From an uncultured Acidobacteriota bacterium (GTDB lineage Bacteria > Acidobacteriota > Terriglobia > Terriglobales > Acidobacteriaceae), in the NCBI GenBank assembly GCA_963788605.1, contig CAWBHD010000015.1:26739-90738 (forward strand): DNA of 64,000 bases, in the 5' to 3' direction. Made by a program: the position numbers and the translations under genes. Shown here in pieces: positions 20,250 to 31,939 of the stretch (within the stretch, counting starts at the first letter, position 1; each line of letters begins with the position of its first letter). Below the pieces are notes generated by a model. That model ran no database searches and was not told where the DNA came from. It was given only the letters and a program-made list of their open reading frames with translations.

Positions 20250-20463
20250 GTCGGACGGGGTAACGGATAGTACCTGTTCTCGACGTAAGCATCCGGCAAC
20301 ACCATTTGAGCCGGGAATCTGTGAGCCTGATCGCGAGTCGTTCGTCAAGCCAACAGGCATGGCTGTCCCCGTAAGCAATATGCGGGACAACGAGCTTCTG
20401 CCTGGACACCCCAAGAAGCTGGGCAAACCTTGGGCCGTGGCGCTTCAGCGTCATCACGATCAT
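20250..20463 (-). pseudogene. degenerate XRE/HigA-like helix-turn-helix gene (tentative)
   Basis: HTH-like pieces are spread over three frames: FAQLLGVSRQKLV, SRILLTG, ERLAIRLTDS and RFPAQMVLPDAYVE. The palindrome TTGCCACGTGCTGGCAA (20476-20492) sits just upstream of the ATG at 20463. Confidence 0.25.
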
Positions 20464-20638
20464 TGTTGATGACGCTTGCCACGTGCTGGCAACGAAACGG
20501 CTGTCTATCTATACGTCAAACCGGCAACCGGGTGGTCGGATATGACTCAAACTGGCCGAGCTCACACCACACTTTACGTCCTGAGGCGCAGCGGCGTTCG
20601 GGGAATTAGTTGTGTTCGCGGTGATTTCGTGGCCGCTT

Positions 20639-20887
20639 TCACTCCGTGATTGTGCGATCCGCAGGCTTACACCGCAAAGGACGTGAACAAGTCGTACTTT
20701 TGCTCCAAGCGACCGAGGAGAGCTTGAATACTAGGAAGCACCGCTGTCGTTGTAGCTCGGTAATACTCACGTATACTTCAGAATCATCCTTGACAAGATC
20801 GTCAAACCGATCGTCCATGCTGCAGACCAGGACCTTCGCTCCATGGACCTCGTCTTTGGTTCTGCGAAACAAATCCAAAATGCCCAT
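20639..20887 (-). CDS. small orphan ORF (hypothetical)
   Basis: 82-aa ORF starting MGILDLFRRTKDEVHGAKVLVCSMDDRFDDLVKDDSEVYVSITELQRQ... The tail looks non-protein-like. A 1-nt shift near 20745 gives ...VLPSIQALLGRLEQKYDLFTSFAV. No family recognised. Confidence 0.3.
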   Translation of the reverse strand: MGILDLFRRTKDEVHGAKVLVCSMDDRFDDLVKDDSEVYVSITELQRQRCFLVFKLSSVAWSKSTTCSRPLRCKPADRTITE

Positions 20888-21346
20888 TTTTTCTACTCAC
20901 CCCTCTGCGGACAGTCAGTATAACTGCTGCAATCAGGCCTTAGCACAAGCTTGCGCGATCTCTTCGCCTCTGCCCGTGGGTGAATGAGTGTGGTAGAAAT
21001 TTAATCGCAAGCTAGTCACCAATAATATGTGGCGTCATCAGAGAATTGTCCGCCAATGAAACCAGACCTTAGCGCACTCAAAAATCCGGTCAATGAGCGC
21101 TACGGCCTTCCATAAGAAGGCCACCACACTCGACAGAGACCTACTGCTGCAGTCGCGAGTTTGCGAACGCGATCACAACTTCGTGCGTTGAGGCACTCCG
21201 CTTGACATTGTTTGCGGTGCCCCAGCAACATGCTGGAGGAGTCAGGGAGGTATGCGATGGCAACAGGAAATGACCCGATTCTCAACGGTCTTGGAATGGC
21301 TCACCTGGGCAGCCCGAAAGCGCTCTTGGGGAACAAGGGCGGCCGG

Positions 21347-21784
21347 ATGCTCGGGGAGTTCAAAGATTTTGCGATGCACGGCAGCATGATCGACATGGCG
21401 GTGGGCATCATCCTGGGCGCGGCCTTCGGAAGAGTTGTGAGTTCCTTTGTCTCCGACGTCCTGATGCCCCCGATCGGCTTGTTCGCCGGGCATTCGGATT
21501 TCTCGAACAAATTCATCAACCTCTCGGGACATGCCTACGCCACCCTCGCCGAGGCTAAAGCCGCGGGTGCCGCCACGATCAATTACGGGGTCTTCTTCAA
21601 CGCCCTGTCCGACTTTTTGATTGTCGCGTTCGTGGTATTCATGCTCATCCGCCAGGTGAACCGCCTGAAGAACGAACAAGAGGTATCCGTTCCGGTCACG
21701 AGGGACTGTCCGTTTTGTCTCTCAGCGGTTGCGATCAGGGCAACCCGATGTCCGCATTGCACCTCTGCGTTGACAGCGGCTTGA
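21347..21784 (+). CDS. mscL: large-conductance mechanosensitive channel MscL with C-terminal CxxC...CxxC zinc-ribbon tail
   Basis: ORF 21212..21784. The start is set at ATG 21347 by alignment to the canonical N-terminus (MLGEFKDFAMHGSMIDMAVGIILGAAFGRVVSSFVSDVLMPPIG). The tail is RDCPFCLSAVAIRATRCPHCTSAL. Confidence 0.9.
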   Translation: MLGEFKDFAMHGSMIDMAVGIILGAAFGRVVSSFVSDVLMPPIGLFAGHSDFSNKFINLSGHAYATLAEAKAAGAATINYGVFFNALSDFLIVAFVVFMLIRQVNRLKNEQEVSVPVTRDCPFCLSAVAIRATRCPHCTSALTAA

Positions 21785-21837
21785 GTCCCGAAGGACCATC
21801 CGCGACATCCGCCATTGAGTGTTGTGCCCGACAGTTT

Positions 21838-23306
21838 CTACGTCGATGCCACGATGGCCGGCGGCTTCCAGGTTCCCTCGCCGGGAGGCAAGATCGAAGG
21901 CGGCGTCTCCTTGGGCCAGTAGAGGCGCATGACCAGATAGATGGGGCCATTGGGCGCTGGCAGCCAGTTGGATTCCTTGGCCTTGCCCGGGCGAATCCTT
22001 CTGGATGTAGAGGGTCAGTGAGCCGTCCGCGTTCTTCTTCATTCCCGGCAACATTGGCGAATTGATCAGGTAGCGGTTGATCGGATTCTCGATCAGGAGC
22101 TGGGTCTTGCCGTCATACATCGTCACCGACCAGAAGGCGTTCACCGGCGGCAACTCTCCGGCCGGGAAGGTCAGCGTGTAGTTGTGCTTGCTGCCGTCGA
22201 GCGTCTCGCCGTTCGCGATCGTCGTGGTCATGGGATACATCGCTTCGACGGCGTCGTTGCCGTAGATGCCGGCCTTGGCGGCGGCGGCGCGCTTCAGCCA
22301 GTCGCCGTTGTAGAAAGCGGCGTCGCCAAAGAGTGAGCCGACCTTCCAGCCGTTGATGTCCTTCCTGCCGGCGGCGAGATACTGGTCGACCTTGGCTCGC
22401 CTTCCTTCATGCCCAGGCACGACTTCAGCCTTGTGTTCCAGCGAAAGGTCCTTGAAGTCGAAGGTCTTGCCGGCGCCGATGCCGATGCGGGCCAGCTTGG
22501 CGCGAATCTCCTTCTCTTCGGGTCCGGCAGGAGCGAACTGCAGCGCGAAGTCGAGATACTCGAAGAAATTGGTCTTCACCATCTCCTTGTCGATCTTCGG
22601 AAAGTTGATTGCTGGCGCAGCCGGCGGGGCCGGCTGCTTCAGATATGCGGAGAGCGGCTGCACCTTGTAGCCGGCCTGGATCTTGACTCACGTTCGGCAT
22701 GTCTGCTGGATTGAAGAGTTGGGTGCGGTAGATCGCCATTGAGAATTGCGTGCTGGAACGAAACACTTTCTTGATTCCGGCCGGCGTCTCGCCTTTCCAG
22801 TCCGGCCCGACCACCATATAGTCGCCCGCGTCCGGTCCGGTGGCGCGGGTGCCGATGTAGCCGTAGTTGAAGGTGTTGCCGTCGCAGAGCTGACCGAGTA
22901 GTAGCGCGATTTCGGGCACGGCCGGAACCGACAGCACAATCGGTTCGGCGCGCAGATCCATCCACACGATCGAATATGGCGTGTCGCTGTTGGGCGTGAC
23001 GATGGCCGTGTCTTTGTAGGTAAACACTCGCGCTTCGTTGTTGATCTGGTTGAACGGCGCCTTGAATTGACCGGAGTTGCGGTCGACCGCAAATTCGTAC
23101 ATCACCGCGTAATTCATTACGATCGGCAGACCGTAGATGAAGCCTTCCTCTGCGATTGCCTTGGTCTCGGCGATGCTGGGACGATCCTTCTCCGTTTTCT
23201 CGGCCTGCGAGATTGCGTCATTCTTGCTAGTGCAGCCGACTAGCAAAATGGCAGAGGCCAACGCGCTAAAGAATATTCTTTTGGTCGTTCTCGTTCGTGT
23301 ATGCAT
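21838..23306 (-). pseudogene. DUF1254/DUF1214 lipoprotein; two frame shifts as assembled
   Basis: The lipoprotein start is MHTRTRTTKRIFFSALASAILLVGC (ATG 23306). ORF 22425..23381 carries the DUF1254 part and ORF 21722..22663 the DUF1214 part. The true C-terminus ...DSPGKAKESNWLPAPNGPIYLVMRLYWPKETPPSILPPGEGTWKPPAIVAST was read by hand in the third frame, with its stop at 21838-21840. Confidence 0.8.
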
Positions 23307-23623
23307 TGATTTGTCCCTCAAGTGCCCGAGAATGACGATCTCGATCAGTTGTGTAAACGCCACAGTGTAGTGGTATCGCACCTTGCGGTGAACTGGTAAA
23401 AGTGCCAGTCGGAGCTCGTCTAAGCGGGTTGGGTTTGTTGGAGGGCGAGAGCGGGTGCGAAAATAATGGCAGTTCTTGTTGGGCGATTGGTCAGTCCAAG
23501 GCTGCGGAAAAGCACACCGATGCTAACTCGGGCTAAGACCCATATTCAATCGTGCGCGGGTATCGCAGCACTGGAAGCGCTGCGCACCCAAAATCGTCTC
23601 TTAAGTTGAGTCTGGTCCGTATC

Positions 23624-24892
23624 CTATTGCGGGGTTCCCGGCTGACTCACGGTTGCTGTGTCGGCCGGCAGGGTTGGCTTGGCCATGAAGAAGTCGTGAT
23701 CGTAGAGGTTGCGATACATGCGCCCGGCAATTTCCGCTGCTTTGGGGCCGAAGGTTGGGCGACCACCTTCGAGGAAAATCACGACGACGATGTTGCCAAC
23801 GTCAGTCTTGGCGTAGGAGGCAAACCATCCGAAGCGGGTACCGGCGTGGGAGCAGGTTCCGGTCTTGCCGAGAACTTCTTCCTCGCTGAAGTTGACTTTC
23901 AGGCGGCGTGCGGTGCCAAACTGCACTGCGCCTTGCATTCCGTCGGAAATTTCGGGGATCAGAGGGGCGATGTCCAGGCGTCGCTTTACTACCGGCTGGA
24001 AATTCGCGATGTCTTCAGGCGCTGTGGGATGCTGCAGGTAATAGAGCGTGCCACCGTTGGAGATCGCAGAAACCAGTGCGCCGAGTTGCAGCGGGGTTAC
24101 GGAAACGCCTTCTCCGAAGGAACACATCTTCCCTACGCCACCGAGCTTGGAGGAAATTTCTTCGTTGGGATAAATCCCCAGTTGCTCACCAGGAATGCTG
24201 TAGCCGGCCAGTTCGCCGAGGCCGTATTGATGGGCGTAGTAGCGCACTTTCTCAAATCCCAGTTGGCGGCCGAGCGCTTCAAAATACGCATTGTTCGAAT
24301 GCGCGAGCGCATTCGTGAGGTTCATGTGGTAGCGTCCGCCCAGACGAACCTCGGTCTCCTTGGTGATAATTCCTTCATTGAGGGCCGCGAGCGCAACCGA
24401 GAGCTTGATCGTCGAGCAGGGTTGAGCGCCACTCGAAAGCGCAAGCTTCTGATTCACCATAGCGAGAATGCGGCCGCTGGTGGGCTCGATGGCGACAACT
24501 GTTCCATTCATTCCGCCTAGCGCATCTATGGCGGCGTCGCGCACAACGGGATCTTCGCCGGTGGTCACGTCACCGTCGGTGACATCACTGGCGAAAGAAC
24601 TGGTGGAGAAACGCTCGTAATAGCGATGCCTGCGGTGGACACTGGTGTGCGCGGTGGTCGTGTTCGGAGTTACGGCGCGGGCGCGGGCCAAGCGACGCAT
24701 GCGCCTGCGAGCGGCCTGGCTTTCACTGATTCGTTGTGACTTGGTTTTGTGGGGGCTGAGGGTATGCGTGCTGACCGTGGCCGCGATGCCGGACGGGCAG
24801 AGCAGCACGAGAAACACTATAGCGATGATCAGACTGGAAAATGCGGAACGTTTCCCTGAGCTCAATTTCCTGTACCCATCCCCGGAGTTCAC
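23624..24892 (-). CDS. penicillin-binding protein, transpeptidase domain only, membrane anchored
   Basis: 422-aa ORF with an N-terminal TM helix and the motifs SxxK (STIK), SxN (SNN) and KTG (KTGT). It lies immediately downstream of ftsZ on the same strand. Confidence 0.8.
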   Translation of the reverse strand: MNSGDGYRKLSSGKRSAFSSLIIAIVFLVLLCPSGIAATVSTHTLSPHKTKSQRISESQAARRRMRRLARARAVTPNTTTAHTSVHRRHRYYERFSTSSFASDVTDGDVTTGEDPVVRDAAIDALGGMNGTVVAIEPTSGRILAMVNQKLALSSGAQPCSTIKLSVALAALNEGIITKETEVRLGGRYHMNLTNALAHSNNAYFEALGRQLGFEKVRYYAHQYGLGELAGYSIPGEQLGIYPNEEISSKLGGVGKMCSFGEGVSVTPLQLGALVSAISNGGTLYYLQHPTAPEDIANFQPVVKRRLDIAPLIPEISDGMQGAVQFGTARRLKVNFSEEEVLGKTGTCSHAGTRFGWFASYAKTDVGNIVVVIFLEGGRPTFGPKAAEIAGRMYRNLYDHDFFMAKPTLPADTATVSQPGTPQ

Positions 24893-24949
24893 ACTGTATA
24901 CGCTGCACGAAACCGGCCAATGATCATCGCGGCTGGCTAAGTTCCAACT

Positions 24950-25060
24950 AATCTAGATGTTATGAAACTTCATTTGGATAAGCAATCTAAAACTTGCTTT
25001 CCCGTAAATCGCCGCGATTTAATCTAATTATTTGCAAATAAAAGAGTTATAGCCAATCTA
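24950..25060. promoter_or_regulatory. AT-rich spacer with four AATCTA boxes and a 14-bp perfect palindrome (candidate control region of the PBP gene)
   Basis: AATCTA occurs at 24950, 24984, 25021 and 25055. TTATTTGCAAATAA is at 25028-25041. The region lies 58-170 nt upstream of the PBP start. Confidence 0.3.
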
Positions 25061-25135
25061 CAGCCTGGGCCCACCCCTTTGGTAACGCGGGGCGGTTACT
25101 GGAACGATACTGCCCAAAAGTGGAAAGGATTTTCC

Positions 25136-26394
25136 CTACATCGTCTCCCCACGCTTCCGCAAGAATGCCGGAACGTCGAGATCGGCCTGCTCGAAGTTGG
25201 CGATCATGGCGTTGCGCATGCTATCGATCGAGATCGATTCGCTCGTAGTCACGGCGGCAGCCTGCGGCGCAGATTGCTCCATCACCATGGGCGGCGGTGG
25301 TGGATCGGGATCAAATTCAGGTTCGGGCTGGGGCTCGTCAAAAAAATCGTCATGCCGCGAAGCATTCTCGCGCGAAACCACAAACCCGGATCTTCCTCCC
25401 GGCGATGGCGTTGTTGATCGGACTCTTTGAAACCAGTAGCGATGACGGTGATCTTCACCGAGTCTTTCATTTTTTCATCAAGAACAGCGCCGAAGATGAT
25501 ATTGGCATCTTCGTGGGCGGCACTTTGGATAATCGAGCAGGCCTCCTGCACCTCGGCCAGCTTGAGCGAGGCAGAGCCGGTAATGTTGATGAGGATGCCG
25601 CGGGCGCCATCGATGGCTCCGGCTTCGAGCAGGGGCGAGGCAATCGCCTTCTGTGCGGCCTCGGTAGCGCGACGCGCACCGCTTGCGGTCGCCGCGCCCA
25701 TGACGGCGTAGCCCATGCCTGCCATGATGGCCTTCACATCGGCGAAGTCGCGATTGATGATCCCGGGAATGGTGATGATGTCGGAGATGCCCTGTACACC
25801 TTGCCGGAGAATGTCGTCGGCGATGCGGAAGGACTCGAAGAATCCGGCATCCTGGGCGACCGCCAGCAGCTTTTCGTTGGGGATCACAATGGTAGTGTCG
25901 ACCGATTCCATCAGTTCCGCAATGCCGCGTTCGGCTTGCTGCATGCGACGCTTGCCTTCGAAGGCGAAGGGTTTGGTGACGACCGCGACAGTTAGAGCGC
26001 CCATCTCGCTAGCCAGCGACGCGATAATGGGAGCGGCTCCGGTACCGGTGCCACCACCGAGGCCAGTGGTGACGAAGACCATGTCCGCGCCTTCGAGCGC
26101 TTCGATGATCTTGTCGGAGTCTTCCAGCGCGGCCTTGCGGCCCACCTCGGGATTCGCGCCCGCGCCCAGTCCATTGGTGAGCTTGACCCCGAGCTGGATT
26201 TTCATGGGCGCGCGCGACATGCGCAGCGCTTGCAGGTCGGTGTTTGCGACCACGAATTCGATGCCTTCCATGCCGGCATCGATCATGCGATTGACGGCGT
26301 TGCCGCCGCCGCCACCCACACCGATGACTTTTATCTTGGCATCATTGCGGGCTTCTTCGTTAAAGCTGATGCGAATGTCGTTTTCGTTTTTCAT
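25136..26394 (-). pseudogene. ftsZ: cell division GTPase FtsZ; one frame shift in the C-terminal linker as assembled
   Basis: ORF 25282..26394 has the GGGTGTG tubulin signature and a canonical core. The conserved C-terminal peptide DLDVPAFLRKR is in ORF 25136..25381 in another frame. Confidence 0.9.
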
Positions 26395-26440
26395 GGGTGC
26401 AACACCTCAGTAATTTTTGCCACTTCCTGCTAAAACCGAT

Positions 26441-26520
26441 AACCACAAAGAACACGAAGGTTCACAAAGGTTTTGGTCTATCAGCGTTACTTTGTGGAAC
26501 TTTTATGTCCTTCTTTTGTT
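26441..26520. repeat. imperfect inverted pair of the 30-nt repeat in the ftsA-ftsZ spacer
   Basis: AACCACAAAGAACACGAAGGTTCACAAAGG (26441-26470) is followed by the partial inverted copy CTTTGTGGAACTTTTATGTCCTTCTTTTGT (26490-26519). Confidence 0.65.
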
Positions 26521-27741
26521 CTAAGCTCCCTTTTTTGCGAACAATCCCATCAAGCGCGAACTCCAGCGCGTGTCCTGCGCTCCCCGGGCGATCCGCGAAC
26601 GATGGCTGTAAAAGATCATGCCCAGAACCGTCGCGTACTCGGGCTCGGCCAGCGTGGATGGCATTTTCGCAAGAGCCGTCGGCCACGAGAGACGCAAGGG
26701 ACGCCGCAGGACGGATTCGGCAATATCCAGAATGCCGGCCAGGCGCGACGTCCCGCCACTAAGCACGATGCCGCCCACGCAGATATCGAGCATGCCGCTG
26801 TGGCGCAGGTTGTCGCGCAGCATTTCGAAAAGTTCGCGAGCCCGGGGCTCCAGAATTTCTCCGACCATGCGCTGCGAAATCAGACGCGAAGGCCGGTCGC
26901 CGACAGACGGGACCTCAACTTCATTCCCCTCGGGAATCAGGGTCACGATCACGTTGCCGTAGAGCTTCTTGATCTTCTCCGCCTCTGCCAGCGGAGTACA
27001 CAACCCAACCGAGAGATCGCTGGTGAAATGATCGCCGCCGATCGGGATTACTGCGGTGTGAATCACGGCACCTTCCTGAAAAACAATCAAGCTGGTCGAG
27101 CCGGCGCCCAGGTCCATCAGGCATACACCCAGTTCGCGCTCATCGGCGCGCAACACAGCGTCGGCACAGGCCAGCGGCTCGAAGACGGTATCGTCGACGT
27201 GCACTCCGGCGCGGTTGACCGCGGTGATTACATTCTGGGTAGCGCTTGATCCGGCGGTGACCATGTGCACCCGGACCTCGAGGCGCATTGCCATCATTCC
27301 CAGCGGATCATGGACGCCGCTCTGGTCGTCAAGGATGAACTCCTGCGGCAACAGGTGCAGGATTTCGCGGTCGGCGGGCAGAGGGATGGCGCGGGCTTTG
27401 TCGACAGCAAGGCGAATTTCGTCGCGCGCAATTTCGCGCGCGCGCACGCCCAGGCTCAGCCCGCCGTGACTGTTCATGCCACGAACATGCGAGCCGGCAA
27501 CTCCGAGCAGGGCGTGCTCGATGGGAGCGCCGCAAACGTCTTCCGCCTGCTCCACGGCTTTCTGAATCGACGCCACTGCTTTTTCGAGATCAACAATTAC
27601 ACCCTTGCGCGAGCCACGCGATTCGGACACTCCATGCCCGCGGTAGCGCAGGCCGGACTCGGTGACCTCAGCCACCAGAACGCAGGTCTTGGCGCTGCCT
27701 ACATCAATTGCCGTCAGAAGATTCTGTTGCTGGTTCGCCAT
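26521..27741 (-). CDS. ftsA: cell division protein FtsA
   Basis: Intact 406-aa ORF with the actin-like ATPase fold (LLTAIDVGSAKTCVLVAE...). It sits between ftsQ and ftsZ. Confidence 0.95.
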   Translation of the reverse strand: MANQQQNLLTAIDVGSAKTCVLVAEVTESGLRYRGHGVSESRGSRKGVIVDLEKAVASIQKAVEQAEDVCGAPIEHALLGVAGSHVRGMNSHGGLSLGVRAREIARDEIRLAVDKARAIPLPADREILHLLPQEFILDDQSGVHDPLGMMAMRLEVRVHMVTAGSSATQNVITAVNRAGVHVDDTVFEPLACADAVLRADERELGVCLMDLGAGSTSLIVFQEGAVIHTAVIPIGGDHFTSDLSVGLCTPLAEAEKIKKLYGNVIVTLIPEGNEVEVPSVGDRPSRLISQRMVGEILEPRARELFEMLRDNLRHSGMLDICVGGIVLSGGTSRLAGILDIAESVLRRPLRLSWPTALAKMPSTLAEPEYATVLGMIFYSHRSRIARGAQDTRWSSRLMGLFAKKGA

Positions 27742-27743
27742 TC

Positions 27744-29088
27744 CTATGGATGTTCTCCCTTGGCAATCGCTGGACTTGGTTTGCTGCCGGGCTTCACCGC
27801 GGTGGTTCCGGTTGCTGTTGTCGCGGGTGGAACGGTTTTTATGGATGCGTCAGGTGCCGATGCGTTCGACGGCGCAGGTGGATGAACTGGTGGAGGATTG
27901 GATTTTGCGACGCTCTCTGTCTGCGTCACAGTGGTCCCCGTTTTGGGTTTCGCCTTGGCACTTACCTTGTGATGCGCCTTTTTGGATGTTTTATGAGCAG
28001 TGGCCGCGGGCGGCTTGGATGCTGCCAGTGAAGAAGGCGCCGACTTCGGAGCTGTAGCCTGGTGTGTAATCAGGGCTGCAGGCTTCACTCCGGCCGCCGC
28101 GGCCACCTTCGCCGATACCATGGAAAGCGGCGATTGTTTCACCGTTCCCTGCAGATCGGGATTCACGATGATCTGGCGGTCATAGCGTAAGTCGACGGAT
28201 TCCAGTTTGTCGAACTGCTGACGCCACTCGCGGACATGGCTGACGTATATCTTGTAGCGTTCGAGGTAGTTCGACGATCCCAGATGCACCAGCACTTCCC
28301 CTTGCGGGTCGCTGGCGAGGACCTTCACGTCCTCGGCATCAGATAGGTCTACCTCGCCGAGGTCCTGCGAATAGCGCGCCCCGCCGGCATCCAGTTGGCT
28401 CACCAGGTCGTTGTAGATCTTCATGCGGGCGGTGCGAGTGGAGGGCGGTTCTCCCGGATTCATGCCCAGAATCACGGGGAAAGAGTATTTTTTCTTGCCC
28501 GCGGCGGGCAGGTCCATCAATGTGCCGCCAGCATCAATGAGGAAAATCCTGGAGCCGACGCGGGCGAAGGCCACGGGAGTGCGTTCCTGAATCTCGATTT
28601 TCAGGCGGTTGGGAACAAACCGCATCACGCTGGCTGATTCCACCCAGGGAATTTTTTCGAGAGTCTTTTTTCTCTCTCCGAGGGGAACGAAGAAAATGTT
28701 GCGCCCGATATCGCCGCCCATGACTTCCATGATCTGGAAGCGGGTGACGTTCTGCAGGCCGGCGGTCTCGATGTCATCGCTGGATTCGACGCGGAAGCGC
28801 CATGAGTGCTCGCCATAGTGATAAAGCGCAGCGGTGGCCGCGCCTAACACGAAGCACAATAGCGGCCGCAAGGACAGTCCAAGTGAGGCCAGTGGCAGCC
28901 TTTTTTGGCAAAGTACCCCGGCGAACGGAGACGCGTTTTTGTCCACGCAGGAAGGGCGATTCCTGTTCCACGTCCAAGTCGAGCAGTCGCGCGTCATCGA
29001 TCGCGTCATCCGACGCGGGACGCACGGGTTCGCTGGGCGGTGGATACAACTCCTCCTGCGCGATGGTGGAACCGCTTTTTCGCGCCAT
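27744..29088 (-). pseudogene. ftsQ: cell division protein FtsQ (POTRA) with a long Ala/Pro/Lys/Thr-rich C-terminal tail; one frame shift as assembled
   Basis: The N-terminus MARKSGSTIAQ...KKAATGLTWTVLAAAIVL (ORF 28774..29091, ATG 29088) joins ORF 27744..29009 (POTRA: FRVESSDDIETAGLQNVTRFQIMEVMGGDIGRNIFFVPLGERKK). The stop abuts the ftsA start. Confidence 0.85.
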
Positions 29089-29230
29089 CAATACAGGTCA
29101 GTTGTCGTCGGTGAATCGCTGAGCGGAAATAACTATAACTGCTTTTTGGGAAATGAGGTAGATGAAACTTGGTGCATTTTGCAGAAAAAAATTAAGGACT
29201 ACATCCGTCGTGCAACAGGAAGTTGGGCAA

Positions 29231-29263
29231 GGTAGGGATTCCTCGCTTTGCTCGGAATGACAG
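29231..29263. repeat. terminal segment of a CTGTCATTCCGAGC-type element (reverse orientation)
   Basis: GGTAGGGATTCCTCGCTTTGCTCGGAATGACAG has the reverse complement CTGTCATTCCGAGCAAAGCGAGGAATCCCTACC. The first 31 nt match 63601-63631 at 29/31. Confidence 0.7.
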
Positions 29264-29311
29264 ACTTCGTTTGGGCTGCACGGGCGAGGACGCCCGCGCC
29301 TTCATGGTCAA

Positions 29312-29836
29312 TCAAGCGGCCCGCTTGCGCTGGCCACCTTTCTTGATCGCCTCCACCTGTGCCAAATGGTTCAGGTCGTGTCCGGCGAACATTCTGACAA
29401 TGTGGGCAATGGTCTCCTTGCCGCGTTCCTGGTGCATGCCGTGGTTTTCCCACAGATTCTTGGGCAAGGACTTCAACATGGCCAGATTGGCCTCCCGCAG
29501 CACCCGAAAAGTTTCTAGGGAGACCTTGGGATCGCGCCGGGCATAGCCAAGGGTTTCGGCCCAGACATCCTGGTCAAACGGCTGAATGGATACGCCATTG
29601 CTCCCCAGAATAAGGCGCATGCGCCAGCCGCCGACCAGTTCGGTATCGGCCAGATGCGCCAGAATTTCCGCGATCGACCACTTCCCCGCTCCCGGCCGTC
29701 GCATCAGTTGCTGCTTGCTTAGCGGCTTGATGAGCTTTTGCAGCTTTTTCGGGGTTTCTCGCTGCACCCGCAACGGGTCTTTACCGTCGAGGTGGCCAAG
29801 AATGCGCTGGATATATTGCTGGGCGGTTTCCGCCAT
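29312..29836 (-). CDS. DinB-family (four-helix bundle) protein
   Basis: ORF 29312..29851. ATG 29836 follows AGGAGG. DinB-like His positions are WSIAEILAHLAD and MFAGHDLNHLAQ. Confidence 0.75.
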   Translation of the reverse strand: MAETAQQYIQRILGHLDGKDPLRVQRETPKKLQKLIKPLSKQQLMRRPGAGKWSIAEILAHLADTELVGGWRMRLILGSNGVSIQPFDQDVWAETLGYARRDPKVSLETFRVLREANLAMLKSLPKNLWENHGMHQERGKETIAHIVRMFAGHDLNHLAQVEAIKKGGQRKRAA

Positions 29837-29962
29837 AAGATCCTCCTGCAAGCAGAGTAGAACGTTGATTTTGATTATCAGCGGTAGGAAAAGGAAGCAG
29901 AAAAATTAGAAACTCCCGCAGGTCCGGGGGCTAGAGCATGTCATCGGAGAGGACTACTGAAG

Positions 29963-30379
29963 CTAAATCGTTCCGTCGGTTCGCATCACGGGCGGGGCAG
30001 GGATCACAATCCTGAGATTCTGCCGTGGGCAGATCACTGTGCGGCTTAGCTGCTGCATCGCCTGCAGCCGTGCGTGCTCGGCCTGAACCCGGGCGAGAAC
30101 GGCCTCATGGCGCACGAGCACGGTCTGAGCCAAAGCCAGCCGGGTCTGCATGCCATCCAGCGCCATTTGGGCCTGGTCAAAGCGGGTCTCGCCGCGGCCG
30201 AGCGTTAGTTCCGCCAACGCGATAACATGGCCAACCCGACCGGAATCCTGCTCGAGGGCCGCCAGCGACCGGCTGGCCAGGCAGCGGACACCATCCTGGT
30301 GCCGGGCGGCAAAGTTGTTGATGGCAAACACCGCCAGTACCGCCACAGCTATCCAGTACCAAGCTTTTTCGGAACCCAT
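29963..30379 (-). CDS. membrane-anchored coiled-coil protein, function unknown
   Basis: ORF 29963..30394. ATG 30379 follows GAGGAG. There is one TM helix (WYWIAVAVLAVFAINNF), then a heptad-like Ala/Leu/Gln-rich region. Confidence 0.6.
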   Translation of the reverse strand: MGSEKAWYWIAVAVLAVFAINNFAARHQDGVRCLASRSLAALEQDSGRVGHVIALAELTLGRGETRFDQAQMALDGMQTRLALAQTVLVRHEAVLARVQAEHARLQAMQQLSRTVICPRQNLRIVIPAPPVMRTDGTI

Positions 30380-30508
30380 GTGACTGCTCCTCAATTTGTT
30401 ATGTGGGTTAGACGGGGCATCCCAGAATTCGTTATCCCGCCCAGTTAGATACGAGGGTGGGGGCGACCGGGTTCCACCAGACTCTTAGCTTGCGTGGCAA
30501 AAACAGCA

Positions 30509-31928
<1,420 letters not shown>

Positions 31929-31939
31929 TCATTCAATCG

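Noticed and set aside
19623-20270. 215-aa plus-strand ORF, and the overlapping ORF 19975..20469, as real genes in the islet. This includes a weak HigB-like reading of ...LLPGHPKKLGKPWAVALQRHHD.
   Set aside because: The translations are low-complexity and Arg/Ser/Gly/Cys-rich with no motif support. The HigB-like resemblance is limited to a few residues and overlaps the opposite-strand HTH-like reading, which fits slightly better.
21202-21230. TTGACA at 21202-21207 as the mscL promoter.
   Set aside because: The hexamer 17 nt downstream (GCAACA) is a poor -10, and acidobacterial promoter consensus is not well enough defined for me to call it.
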